Source: a virus (lineage: Duplodnaviria > Heunggongvirae > Uroviricota > Caudoviricetes). From it: 25,386 bases of DNA. Numbering within the stretch: the first letter of the stretch is position 1; each line of letters opens with the position of its first letter. The translations under genes were made by a program, and so were the position numbers. The notes beneath the pieces were generated by a model. The model saw only the letters and a program-made list of their open reading frames with translations. It did no database searches and was not told the origin of the DNA. Shown here piece after piece: positions 16,719 to 24,900 of this stretch. Location: IMG/VR virus record IMGVR_UViG_2563366849_000003. One strand, given 5' to 3'.

Positions 16719-17792
16719 TTACGCTCCCGGCTCTGCGGTCGCCCTGGCCGGTGTGGAGAAATCACCGACCTTAATTTTTTCCACCAGACAACCGGCGGCG
16801 TAGTCTTCCACCACGTAATCAATGTTCATTGACTCGTAGTTCTCCACGCGGTCGAGTTTCGGGTTTTCCACAATCACGCGGCGATGGCTGTCATCCATGT
16901 AGTAGATGGACAGGTTTTCCAGCTTCGTGATGAGCATCGCATCCGCCGGGAAGTACGGGACGCGTACCGCCGGCAGGTTACCGATGCGTTTCTGGCTGAT
17001 GATGACGTCAGCGGCCAGCATCTCGCTGTTGTCCTGCTCCTTGTTGACGATAGGGAAATACTTGTCCGCCAGTAGCTGACGTCCCACAATCACCACAAGG
17101 TCAGGGTCTTCCTGATACCACGGCTCAATCAGGTTGTTGGTCGCATCCATCACCAGTGCATCGAGGCTGGCATAATCACCGCCCTTACCCACGCGGATGA
17201 CCTCAGAGGTCGTGCGACCTTCCTCGTCAGTGACCTTGCTCATCACGCGCGCCGGGGCTTCATTGCGGTATTTCTGCAGCCAGCCGACCGCCACATCCTG
17301 CAGCATCGGATTACTGCTGCGGTCAGAGGTTTCGGCACGCCTCACGCCGTTAAAACCGGCCATGATGAAATCAAGGGACTGGCGTTTGATAATGGCGTTA
17401 CGGACACGGAGCTGGAAATCCTGATAACGCGCCCACAGGTCCAGCGTTTTGTAGCGGATATAAAAATCGAAGTTAATCTGGTCGCATTCGTACTTGTTTG
17501 ACGCCAGCTTCGAGAAGTCCTTCGGCTGACGCTCGGTGCCACCGGCGGTGTCGGTGGTGCTGGCGATGGAGCCGGTGACACCGATACCAATTTTTTCCCC
17601 TTTCATTTCGCTGACCGGCACAATGTTGATGCGGGTCAGAAAGTCAGAGGACTCCTGCATGGTGTTCATCAGGGTCTGGGTGACCGACGGTTCAACGGTG
17701 AATTTTTTCGACACATCACCGGCGTCGATGCCGTTCAGTTCGGCAACACGGGACAGGTAGGCATTAAATTTAAAGCGGGTTTCCTGGCGCAT
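16719..17792 (-). CDS. N: Major capsid protein (P2 gpN)
   Basis: 357-aa ORF (P2 gpN is 357 aa). Confidence 0.9.
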   Translation of the reverse strand: MRQETRFKFNAYLSRVAELNGIDAGDVSKKFTVEPSVTQTLMNTMQESSDFLTRINIVPVSEMKGEKIGIGVTGSIASTTDTAGGTERQPKDFSKLASNKYECDQINFDFYIRYKTLDLWARYQDFQLRVRNAIIKRQSLDFIMAGFNGVRRAETSDRSSNPMLQDVAVGWLQKYRNEAPARVMSKVTDEEGRTTSEVIRVGKGGDYASLDALVMDATNNLIEPWYQEDPDLVVIVGRQLLADKYFPIVNKEQDNSEMLAADVIISQKRIGNLPAVRVPYFPADAMLITKLENLSIYYMDDSHRRVIVENPKLDRVENYESMNIDYVVEDYAAGCLVEKIKVGDFSTPARATAEPGA

Positions 17793-17850
17793 AGTTTTTC
17801 CTGAAATTAAGGGTTAATCGTGAAGGTTTTCCCGGACTGACTGACGCCGG

Positions 17851-18705
17851 TCAGCAGTTCGTCATCAGGGCGTCACCGCCACCACCGGTGGCCTTGCTGC
17901 GGCGCTGCTGGGTCAGACTTTCGGTGTGGTCGAGGCTGTTTTTCAGGCGGGTGAATGCCTGGCTGGTTTCATCCGCCCTGTCAGTCACCTCCTGCTTAAG
18001 TGCGGAAAAGGCGGTTTCCACCTCAGCGAGGCGCTGCTCAGTGGCGCTCAGTTTTTCCTGCACATGTTCAGCAACAGCGGTCACCGCTTCATGCACGTCA
18101 TTCAGACGGGCGTCATCGCTGGCCTGTTTGCGGCCAAAAATGGATTTCACCTTTTCGGTCAGGGCGGTGAACACGGTTTCAGGCAGGTCTTCAAATTCCA
18201 GCTCAACAGGCGTTGCCACTGAAATCAGGTTTTCAGGGCTTAATTTGAAGCGGTTCAGGGGGTTGTGTTTTGCCGTGCGGCAGAATTCCAGGTATTCCGT
18301 GCCGAGGCTTGCCGGGTCATCGGTGACGGCCAGCCCCACCAGATAACATTTGCCGGTGTTGGCAAAGTTCGGCTGAATTTCCATTGAGGTATAGACCTTC
18401 TGCGCGGCCTTGTTCATCGCGATAAGGTCATCGGTCGGGGTGATTTTCGCAAACAGCGCCCATTTGCCTTTCAGCGCCGAATCATCGTCAATCTTTTCGG
18501 CCTTCAGTTCGACCACATCGCCATAACGCTTAAAAATACCGTCAGGCAGGATGCCGCGCAGATGTTCCAGGTTAATGCGGCAACCATAGACTCGCGGGTC
18601 AAAGGTTTCGGCCATTTCCTGAATATCCTGCGCACTGATGACACGCCCGTCACAGGTGTCACCCTCAACGCCGATACGAAAGAATTTTGAGACTTTTTTT
18701 GCCAT
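17851..18705 (-). CDS. O: Capsid scaffolding protein (P2 gpO)
   Basis: The ORF is open from 18771, but the start is placed at MAKKVSKFF (18705) to give the 284-aa P2 gpO size; coiled-coil C-terminus. Confidence 0.85.
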   Translation of the reverse strand: MAKKVSKFFRIGVEGDTCDGRVISAQDIQEMAETFDPRVYGCRINLEHLRGILPDGIFKRYGDVVELKAEKIDDDSALKGKWALFAKITPTDDLIAMNKAAQKVYTSMEIQPNFANTGKCYLVGLAVTDDPASLGTEYLEFCRTAKHNPLNRFKLSPENLISVATPVELEFEDLPETVFTALTEKVKSIFGRKQASDDARLNDVHEAVTAVAEHVQEKLSATEQRLAEVETAFSALKQEVTDRADETSQAFTRLKNSLDHTESLTQQRRSKATGGGGDALMTNC

Positions 18706-18878
18706 TGTCAGGAGTCCTGAATAGTGATTAGAGGAGTCACATGTCGGCATCAGTTTCCCGACGATGCGCATCCTCCGCCATCAGTCCCGGATGGCTTATC
18801 ACTGACACAACAGCACCTTAGCGAATCGCGGGGCGCGACTCAGTAGCCTTGCCGTGTATTCATCACGGCGAGGTATTC
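18706..18878. promoter_or_regulatory. Divergent late-promoter region (PO leftward, PP rightward) by synteny
   Basis: Intergenic region between divergently oriented O and P, as in P2. I found no perfect TGT-N12-ACA box here, so this is assigned by position only. Confidence 0.3.
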
Positions 18879-20651
18879 ATGACCATCACCACAGACACCA
18901 CTCTTTTACACGACCCGCGTCGTCAGGCGGCGCTGCTGTACTGGCAGGGGTTTTCCGTGCCGCAGATTGCCGCCATGTTGCAGATGAAACGCCCGACGGT
19001 GCAGAGCTGGAAACAGCGCGACGGCTGGGACAGCGTTGCCCCCATCAGCCGTGTCGAAATGAGTCTGGAAGCGCGGCTGACCCAGCTCATCATCAAACCG
19101 CAGAAAACCGGCGGTGACTTCAAGGAAATTGACCTGCTCGGACGCCAGATTGAACGACTGGCACGGGTCAACCGTTACAGTCAGACCGGCAACGAGGCAG
19201 ACCTTAATCCGAACGTCGCTAACCGCAACAAAGGCGGGCGTCGCAAACCGAAAAAGAATTTTTTCAGTGACGAGGCCATCGAAAAGCTGGAGCAGATTTT
19301 CTTTGAGCAGTCTTTCGAATATCAGTTGCACTGGTATCGCGCCGGGCTTGAGCACCGCATCCGCGATATCCTGAAATCCCGCCAGATTGGCGCAACGTTT
19401 TATTTTTCCCGCGAGGCGCTGCTGCGCGCCCTGAAAACCGGCCATAACCAGATTTTTCTGTCGGCCAGTAAAACGCAGGCGTATGTGTTCCGTGAATACA
19501 TCATCGCCTTTGCCCGGCTGGTTGACGTTGACCTGACCGGTGACCCGATTGTCCTGGGCAATAACGGCGCAAAACTGATTTTTCTCGGCACCAACTCCAA
19601 CACCGCACAGAGCCATAACGGCGACCTGTACGTCGACGAGATTTTCTGGATCCCGAATTTTCAGGTACTGCGTAAGGTGGCATCAGGTATGGCCTCACAG
19701 AGTCACCTGCGCTCGACCTATTTCTCCACCCCGTCCACGCTGGCGCACGACGCCTACCCGTTCTGGTCCGGTGAACTGTTTAACCGGGGACGCGCCAGCG
19801 CCGCCGAACGCGTGGAAATCGACGTCAGTCATAACGCCCTTGCCGGTGGGCTTCTCTGTGCGGACGGCCAGTGGCGGCAGATTGTCACCATTGAGGACGC
19901 CCTGAAAGGCGGCTGCACATTGTTCGACATTGAGCAGCTTAAACGCGAAAACAGCGCCGACGATTTTAAAAACCTGTTCATGTGTGAATTTGTTGACGAC
20001 AAGGCGTCGGTGTTCCCGTTCGAGGAGCTGCAACGCTGCATGATCGACACGCTGGAAGAATGGGAAGACTATGCGCCGTTTGCCGCAAATCCGTTCGGCT
20101 CACGTCCGGTATGGATTGGTTACGACCCGTCACACCGTGGCGACAGCGCCGGATGTGTGGTACTGGCACCGCCGGTGGTGGCCGGTGGCAAATTCAGAAT
20201 ACTTGAGCGTCACCAGTGGAAAGGCATGGACTTTGCCACTCAGGCTGAATCCATCCGCAAACTCACCGAAAAATATAACGTCGAATACATCGGTATTGAT
20301 GCCACCGGCCTCGGTGTCGGCGTGTTCCAGCTCGTGCGCTCGTTCTATCCCGCCGCGCGCGATATCCGCTACACGCCGGAAATGAAAACCGCAATGGTGC
20401 TCAAGGCAAAAGACGTTATCCGCCGTGGCTGTCTGGAATATGACGTCAGCGCCACCGACATCACCAGCTCGTTTATGGCTATCCGCAAGACCATGACCAG
20501 CAGCGGACGCAGTGCCACCTATGAGGCCAGCCGCAGCGAGGAAGCCAGCCACGCCGACCTCGCCTGGGCGACCATGCACGCCCTGTTAAATGAGCCACTC
20601 ACCGCCGGTATCAGCACCCCGCTGACATCCACCATTCTGGAGTTTTACTGA
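18879..20651 (+). CDS. P: Terminase large (ATPase) subunit (P2 gpP)
   Basis: Start placed at MTITTDTTLLHD (18879) to give 590 aa, the P2 gpP size; the stop overlaps the Q start (ATGA). Confidence 0.88.
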   Translation: MTITTDTTLLHDPRRQAALLYWQGFSVPQIAAMLQMKRPTVQSWKQRDGWDSVAPISRVEMSLEARLTQLIIKPQKTGGDFKEIDLLGRQIERLARVNRYSQTGNEADLNPNVANRNKGGRRKPKKNFFSDEAIEKLEQIFFEQSFEYQLHWYRAGLEHRIRDILKSRQIGATFYFSREALLRALKTGHNQIFLSASKTQAYVFREYIIAFARLVDVDLTGDPIVLGNNGAKLIFLGTNSNTAQSHNGDLYVDEIFWIPNFQVLRKVASGMASQSHLRSTYFSTPSTLAHDAYPFWSGELFNRGRASAAERVEIDVSHNALAGGLLCADGQWRQIVTIEDALKGGCTLFDIEQLKRENSADDFKNLFMCEFVDDKASVFPFEELQRCMIDTLEEWEDYAPFAANPFGSRPVWIGYDPSHRGDSAGCVVLAPPVVAGGKFRILERHQWKGMDFATQAESIRKLTEKYNVEYIGIDATGLGVGVFQLVRSFYPAARDIRYTPEMKTAMVLKAKDVIRRGCLEYDVSATDITSSFMAIRKTMTSSGRSATYEASRSEEASHADLAWATMHALLNEPLTAGISTPLTSTILEFY

Positions 20652-21679
20652 TGAGCAAGAAAAAAGGGAAAACACCGCAACCTGCGGCAAAAAAAATGAC
20701 CGCCAGCGCCCCGAAAATGGAGGCATTCACCTTTGGTGAGCCGGTGCCGGTACTCGACCGGCGTGACATTCTGGATTACGTCGAGTGCATCAGTAACGGC
20801 AGATGGTATGAGCCACCGGTCAGCTTTACCGGTCTGGCGAAAAGCCTGCGTGCTGCCGTGCATCACAGCTCACCGATTTACGTCAAACGTAATATTCTGG
20901 CTTCAACGTTTATCCCGCATCCGTGGCTTTCCCAGCAGGATTTCAGCCGCTTTGTACTGGATTTTCTGGTGTTCGGTAATGCGTTTCTGGAAAAGCGTTA
21001 CAGCACCACCGGTAAGGTCATCAGACTGGAAACCTCACCGGCAAAATATACCCGCCGTGGCGTGGAGGAGGATGTTTACTGGTGGGTGCCGTCCTTCAAC
21101 GAGCCGACACCCTTCGCGCCCGGCTCCGTGTTTCACCTGCTGGAGCCGGATATCAATCAGGAGCTGTACGGCCTGCCGGAATATCTCAGCGCCCTTAACT
21201 CTGCCTGGCTGAATGAGTCGGCCACGCTGTTCCGCCGCAAGTATTACGAAAACGGCGCTCATGCCGGATACATCATGTACGTCACTGATGCCGTGCAGGA
21301 TCGCAACGATATCGAAATGCTTCGCGAAAACATGGTCAAGTCGAAAGGCCGCAACAACTTTAAAAACCTGTTTCTCTATGCCCCACAGGGGAAAGCCGAC
21401 GGCATCAAAATTATCCCCCTCAGTGAAGTGGCGACGAAGGACGATTTTTTTAATATCAAAAAAGCCAGCGCCGCTGACCTGCTGGACGCGCACCGCATCC
21501 CCTTTCAGTTGATGGGCGGCAAGCCGGAGAACGTCGGGTCGCTGGGTGATATTGAGAAAGTGGCAAAGGTCTTTGTCCGCAATGAGCTTATCCCGCTACA
21601 GGACAGGATCCGCGAGATAAACGGCTGGCTCAGCGCCGAAGTTATTCAATTCAAAAATTACTCTTTAGACGATAATTAA
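20651..21679 (+). CDS. Q: Portal protein (P2 gpQ)
   Basis: 342-aa ORF (P2 gpQ is about 344 aa), translationally coupled to P. Confidence 0.88.
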   Translation: MSKKKGKTPQPAAKKMTASAPKMEAFTFGEPVPVLDRRDILDYVECISNGRWYEPPVSFTGLAKSLRAAVHHSSPIYVKRNILASTFIPHPWLSQQDFSRFVLDFLVFGNAFLEKRYSTTGKVIRLETSPAKYTRRGVEEDVYWWVPSFNEPTPFAPGSVFHLLEPDINQELYGLPEYLSALNSAWLNESATLFRRKYYENGAHAGYIMYVTDAVQDRNDIEMLRENMVKSKGRNNFKNLFLYAPQGKADGIKIIPLSEVATKDDFFNIKKASAADLLDAHRIPFQLMGGKPENVGSLGDIEKVAKVFVRNELIPLQDRIREINGWLSAEVIQFKNYSLDDN

Positions 21680-21698
21680 CCCAATATTTAGATGATAA

Positions 21699-21724
21699 TT
21701 AGCCCTAGCATTTGCCGGGGCTAA
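21699..21724. terminator. Hairpin (TTAGCCC-loop-GGGCTAA) between convergent Q and the cargo operon; probable bidirectional terminator
   Basis: 7-bp stem with an 11-nt loop, with a T-run on the plus side (GGATTTTATTTTTT) and an AT-rich stretch on the minus side. Confidence 0.45.
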
Positions 21725-21737
21725 TAATTGCAGGATT

Positions 21738-22310
21738 TTATTTTTTCATATTGTATATAAAGTCACAAATATGCACCAGTGATAATCTGTTATAGTTTTC
21801 CAATGTAAACACAGGATAATTATAGCAAATTTCAGGAGGAGGCAATTGCGAGCGAACAGTTGTTTTTTTAGCTGATTGCTGCCTCCTCGATAATTTACTT
21901 ATTACACCAATGTAATCCACTTTTCTTGACAAATGCCCATGTAAATTCAATACAGAATATAGCCACTTACAAAAATGAATGCCAGTAACTACCTGTTTAG
22001 CCGCACCATTTGAGTTATAAGATTTGAGATCTATTACGATAAAATAATCTACGTCTTTGTGCGACGTAACAAAAATTCCATCACAAACAGAGCATACTCC
22101 TGGTAAAGCAGAAGATTTTAAAAATTTCCAGACTGGTTTAGAAATACTATTAGAATCTAGCGAAAATCCATAGATACCATTTCCGTTTACCAGTAATTTT
22201 TTATTTGTAGCACCTGGGTTCTCTTCGCATACAACCCAGCATTCCTGCTCTCGCATTAATTGAAATGTAGGATCGATGCAACTTTGTATTACATTGATAA
22301 TATTACTCAT
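21738..22310 (-). CDS. Hypothetical Cys/His-rich protein (190 aa), partner of the upstream ATPase; candidate effector
   Basis: The start ATG (22310..22308) overlaps the last codons of the ATPase gene (GATGAGTAA), indicating translational coupling. AT-rich. Contains CxxxC (res 24-28), CxxC (73-76), EE (29-30) and DVD (86-88) motifs. No family confidently recognised. Confidence 0.6.
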   Translation of the reverse strand: MSNIINVIQSCIDPTFQLMREQECWVVCEENPGATNKKLLVNGNGIYGFSLDSNSISKPVWKFLKSSALPGVCSVCDGIFVTSHKDVDYFIVIDLKSYNSNGAAKQVVTGIHFCKWLYSVLNLHGHLSRKVDYIGVISKLSRRQQSAKKTTVRSQLPPPEICYNYPVFTLENYNRLSLVHICDFIYNMKK

Positions 22311-23736
22311 CTACATCCTCACTATCAGAGGCATTCTCCACCAAGGAGTAATATATTTCATCATTATCGTCATTAATGGCATTAATTACTTCATCAAAAG
22401 TTACAGCATTAATCCCTTCATTTGACTTCTGCATTTCATTGACTGAGCCATTATCAAATAGATACGCAGCGACTAGGTTAGAGTCTAAAATTGAGTCGAT
22501 GCTAATCCCTTGCTTCTGCATGATAGCGTTTCGTTTTTCAATCATATTTTCAGAAACGCCATGCAACATAATCAAGCTATTGATTTCTTTCACAAAATAA
22601 TCACTGTGAGTACTAACAATAACCCGAATACCAGAGTTAACTAGCTTTGCTAAAAATCTTGCAATTACTCGCTGATTTGACGGGTGTAAATTTAACTCGG
22701 GTTCGTCAATCATTAAAATATCACCAGTTTTTGCTTGGTGCTCTAAATAAAACCACAGGCCAAACAAACTTTTAACAGTGGATGACGATAAATGAAGTTC
22801 AATTTTACTTGCAGGTGTCTTACCTTTCTTATACGTTGAAAAATAAATCTGCCCTTCAGGATCAACTGAATATTTTCCTGAAATTATTTTTTTTACTTCT
22901 TCTGCTAATTTATGAAATTGGCCATTTTTATTTTTCCTATTAACCTTAATTTCATTAAGCCAGTCTATGTAATTTGCTATAGGAGCAGAATACTTAGACT
23001 TCATTACATCCATTAATAGTGAGTTCAGATCGAACTGTTCTTTTGAGGCGTGGTGCAATAACGCAGTTCTTCTGGAACTTAATTCATTGAAAAAAAGGTG
23101 CAAGCCATTTCTTTCTGCGGGAATTAAAAATGCTGGGCTTTCATCATACTCTATCTTTAATAACTGACTTAGAGTTAAGTTTATAAACCCATCAATTCTG
23201 GGGAAAGCAGAATCTAGCAGCGTCATTTGTATGATATTGCTATTTTTATCTTTGGATAATAGCATTACTTCTTTTTTGCCGGTTCCTATGACGAGGCTAA
23301 CATCCAATTTTTTTTCATAAACACTTGATACTAATGATTCTTCATCTATAACCCAGTCAAATGTTGAATTAGAAAAAATTTCCTTATCATTAGTGTTGAA
23401 TACATCTTTAAGCATTAAAGATGAATCTTTATTAAATTCTCTTTTGATTAACGTAAAATTATCTTTTATCCACTCAATTACATCTAATTCAAACTTACCA
23501 TTTTCACGAAGAGTTTTGGCAAAATTTGCAACTTGAGGCAATTTTAAAGATGGTGATGGCATATTTAGGAAGCCATATAACCCATACATAACCCATGTTT
23601 TACCAGTATTATTTTTTCCGCATAAAAGCGTTAAAGGTTTTGCATTAATTTCTCCTGTAGAGATACACCCAATGTTTTTAAATGAAAATCTCCATGATGC
23701 TAATTTTTTTACGTTAATTTCGCTTTGCTTTTTCAT
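22303..23736 (-). CDS. ABC/OLD-type P-loop ATPase (AAA_15/AAA_21-like), 477 aa; candidate anti-phage defence ATPase
   Basis: Walker A GKNNTGKT (res 40-47), signature-like LSSSTVKS (316-323), Walker B/D-loop DILMIDEPELNLHP (339-352), H-loop STHS (375-378), acidic C-terminal tail; AAGGAA Shine-Dalgarno; AT-rich. Confidence 0.7.
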   Translation of the reverse strand: MKKQSEINVKKLASWRFSFKNIGCISTGEINAKPLTLLCGKNNTGKTWVMYGLYGFLNMPSPSLKLPQVANFAKTLRENGKFELDVIEWIKDNFTLIKREFNKDSSLMLKDVFNTNDKEIFSNSTFDWVIDEESLVSSVYEKKLDVSLVIGTGKKEVMLLSKDKNSNIIQMTLLDSAFPRIDGFINLTLSQLLKIEYDESPAFLIPAERNGLHLFFNELSSRRTALLHHASKEQFDLNSLLMDVMKSKYSAPIANYIDWLNEIKVNRKNKNGQFHKLAEEVKKIISGKYSVDPEGQIYFSTYKKGKTPASKIELHLSSSTVKSLFGLWFYLEHQAKTGDILMIDEPELNLHPSNQRVIARFLAKLVNSGIRVIVSTHSDYFVKEINSLIMLHGVSENMIEKRNAIMQKQGISIDSILDSNLVAAYLFDNGSVNEMQKSNEGINAVTFDEVINAINDDNDEIYYSLVENASDSEDVDE

Positions 23737-23987
23737 TGAGTTTCCTTAATCAATTACATACGAACTGATCAAACCATTGATCGTGTTGAAAAGTCAATAC
23801 TATACTAAATAACCACGAAGAATAGTGCTTCATTTTCCGTCAGTCCTAATAGGTTAAGATATATGGACTGTTTTCTCAAACTTGTTGCGCTCTGCTGAAT
23901 CTCTCGTATGTTACTTCAATATGATGAACATCCTAACTCTGAAACGGTAAGTCTATCGGTATTACATTTTCACATTGCATGAGCGCG

Positions 23988-24006
23988 GTGCTTTCCCCGC
24001 CTCGCC
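23988..24006 (-). other. P2 cos site (19-nt cohesive-end sequence GGCGAGGCGGGGAAAGCAC on the minus strand)
   Basis: Plus-strand GTGCTTTCCCCGCCTCGCC is the exact reverse complement of the P2 cohesive-end sequence as I recall it; it sits in the expected position between Q and the early region. Confidence 0.8.
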
Positions 24007-24288
24007 CGCCCGCTTCACGGGGCGGTTTTAATGCAGTTGCATAGATACTATGGATCCGCACCAGTCCTGACCGCACGCAGCCTGAACGGACATCCCCAGC
24101 GCATGCAAAAACATTCACTTGTTGCATGCATAGCTTTTTAAGTACGCCATACCGCAACTGTACATTTTTAAGCAATTGGCAACTTTAAAAAATTTACATT
24201 GCTTTCAAGACCTTATCATCCGTAGTCTCTGTTTTTTACTTTGAGCTACATCAATAAAATCTCAAACATGTTTAATGCAAAGCCCTTG

Positions 24289-24345
24289 TTACACAACATA
24301 GAATGTATGTCTAGAAACAACGACATACTATATGTTGTGTTTTTC
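24289..24345 (+). terminator. Long imperfect hairpin (ACACAACATA ... TATGTTGTGT) followed by TTTTT; possible terminator or operator
   Basis: 10-bp perfect inverted repeat (24291..24300 and 24331..24340), extended by partial pairing of the inner arms, followed by a T-run on the plus strand. Confidence 0.4.
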
Positions 24346-24406
24346 CGGCTCTCTGTTCGGTGATATGCCAAATCACTTTGCGTTTAAACAGAGCATTATT
24401 TCAGGG

Positions 24407-24421
24407 CAAGACTTCGCTCAA
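24407..24421. repeat. 15-bp direct repeat CAAGACTTCGCTCAA, copy 1
   Basis: Exact copy of the 15-mer also present at 24671..24685; the two copies flank the small ORF and its terminator. Confidence 0.6.
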
Positions 24422-24484
24422 AAGTCATTCCACCTAACAAGCGCATATACCGGTGGAAGTTGCCCTCTACTTACAGGAGGCAAT

Positions 24485-24598
24485 ATGAAGAAATGCTATT
24501 ACTGCATTCTCGTTCTGGCCCTCTTTGGCTATCCAAACGGTAGTCCGAGTGGTTTGTCAGTAAACGTCAGTAATATCAATGTCAGCATTATGCTTTAA
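24485..24598 (+). CDS. Candidate small hydrophobic peptide (37 aa)
   Basis: MKKCYYCILVLALFGYPNGSPSGLSVNVSNINVSIML; AGGAGG Shine-Dalgarno 4 nt upstream of the ATG; a strong intrinsic terminator follows at 24611..24640. Confidence 0.35.
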   Translation: MKKCYYCILVLALFGYPNGSPSGLSVNVSNINVSIML

Positions 24599-24610
24599 TA
24601 TGCTTCAAAC

Positions 24611-24640
24611 AAAAAAACCACCTGCCAGGGTGGTTTTTTT
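24611..24640 (+). terminator. Intrinsic terminator (CCACC-TGCCAG-GGTGG plus T7), possibly bidirectional
   Basis: A-run, then a 5-bp GC stem, then TTTTTTT. Confidence 0.55.
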
Positions 24641-24670
24641 GCGCCCATCATCAATACGATGAAAGACTGA

Positions 24671-24685
24671 CAAGACTTCGCTCAA
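24671..24685. repeat. 15-bp direct repeat CAAGACTTCGCTCAA, copy 2
   Basis: Exact copy of the 15-mer at 24407..24421. Confidence 0.6.
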
Positions 24686-24900
24686 GACGAATTATGCGTC
24701 GACATAAGGTTACCCGCAATGATTTTATTAGACTAAATGGATGGCCTTTTATGACCCGGATCAAACGGCTGTCCTTACCGACATGCTAGTCACTCAATAG
24801 CATTTAGCCTTCTAATTCAGCATGCTATTGACCTTCTGCTGCCCCATAACTGCTCCGCATAAGCCATTCAATGCCATATCAAATCACGTTGTGTTTTTAC

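Noticed and set aside
18706-18771. N-terminal extension of the O ORF (306-aa version), and likewise the 600-aa version of P starting at 18849
   Set aside because: The P2 gpO and gpP sizes (284 and 590 aa) are matched by the internal Met starts MAKKVSKFF and MTITTDTTLL.
18906-19616. 236-aa minus-strand ORF inside terminase gene P, plus other overlapping ORFs (19695..20033, 20130..20579)
   Set aside because: Overlaps the conserved terminase large-subunit reading frame; no independent evidence.
21738-22310. Calling the 190-aa partner a canonical HNH nuclease (Septu PtuB)
   Set aside because: Only one clear CxxC pair and no recognisable His-Asn-His spacing could be seen by eye, so the assignment would be unsupported without profile searches.
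24332-24484. Upstream part of the 88-aa ORF (24332..24598) as the true start of the small protein
   Set aside because: The upstream Met has no ribosome-binding site and overlaps the hairpin/terminator at 24289..24345; the internal Met at 24485 with AGGAGG is the more plausible start, though still low confidence.
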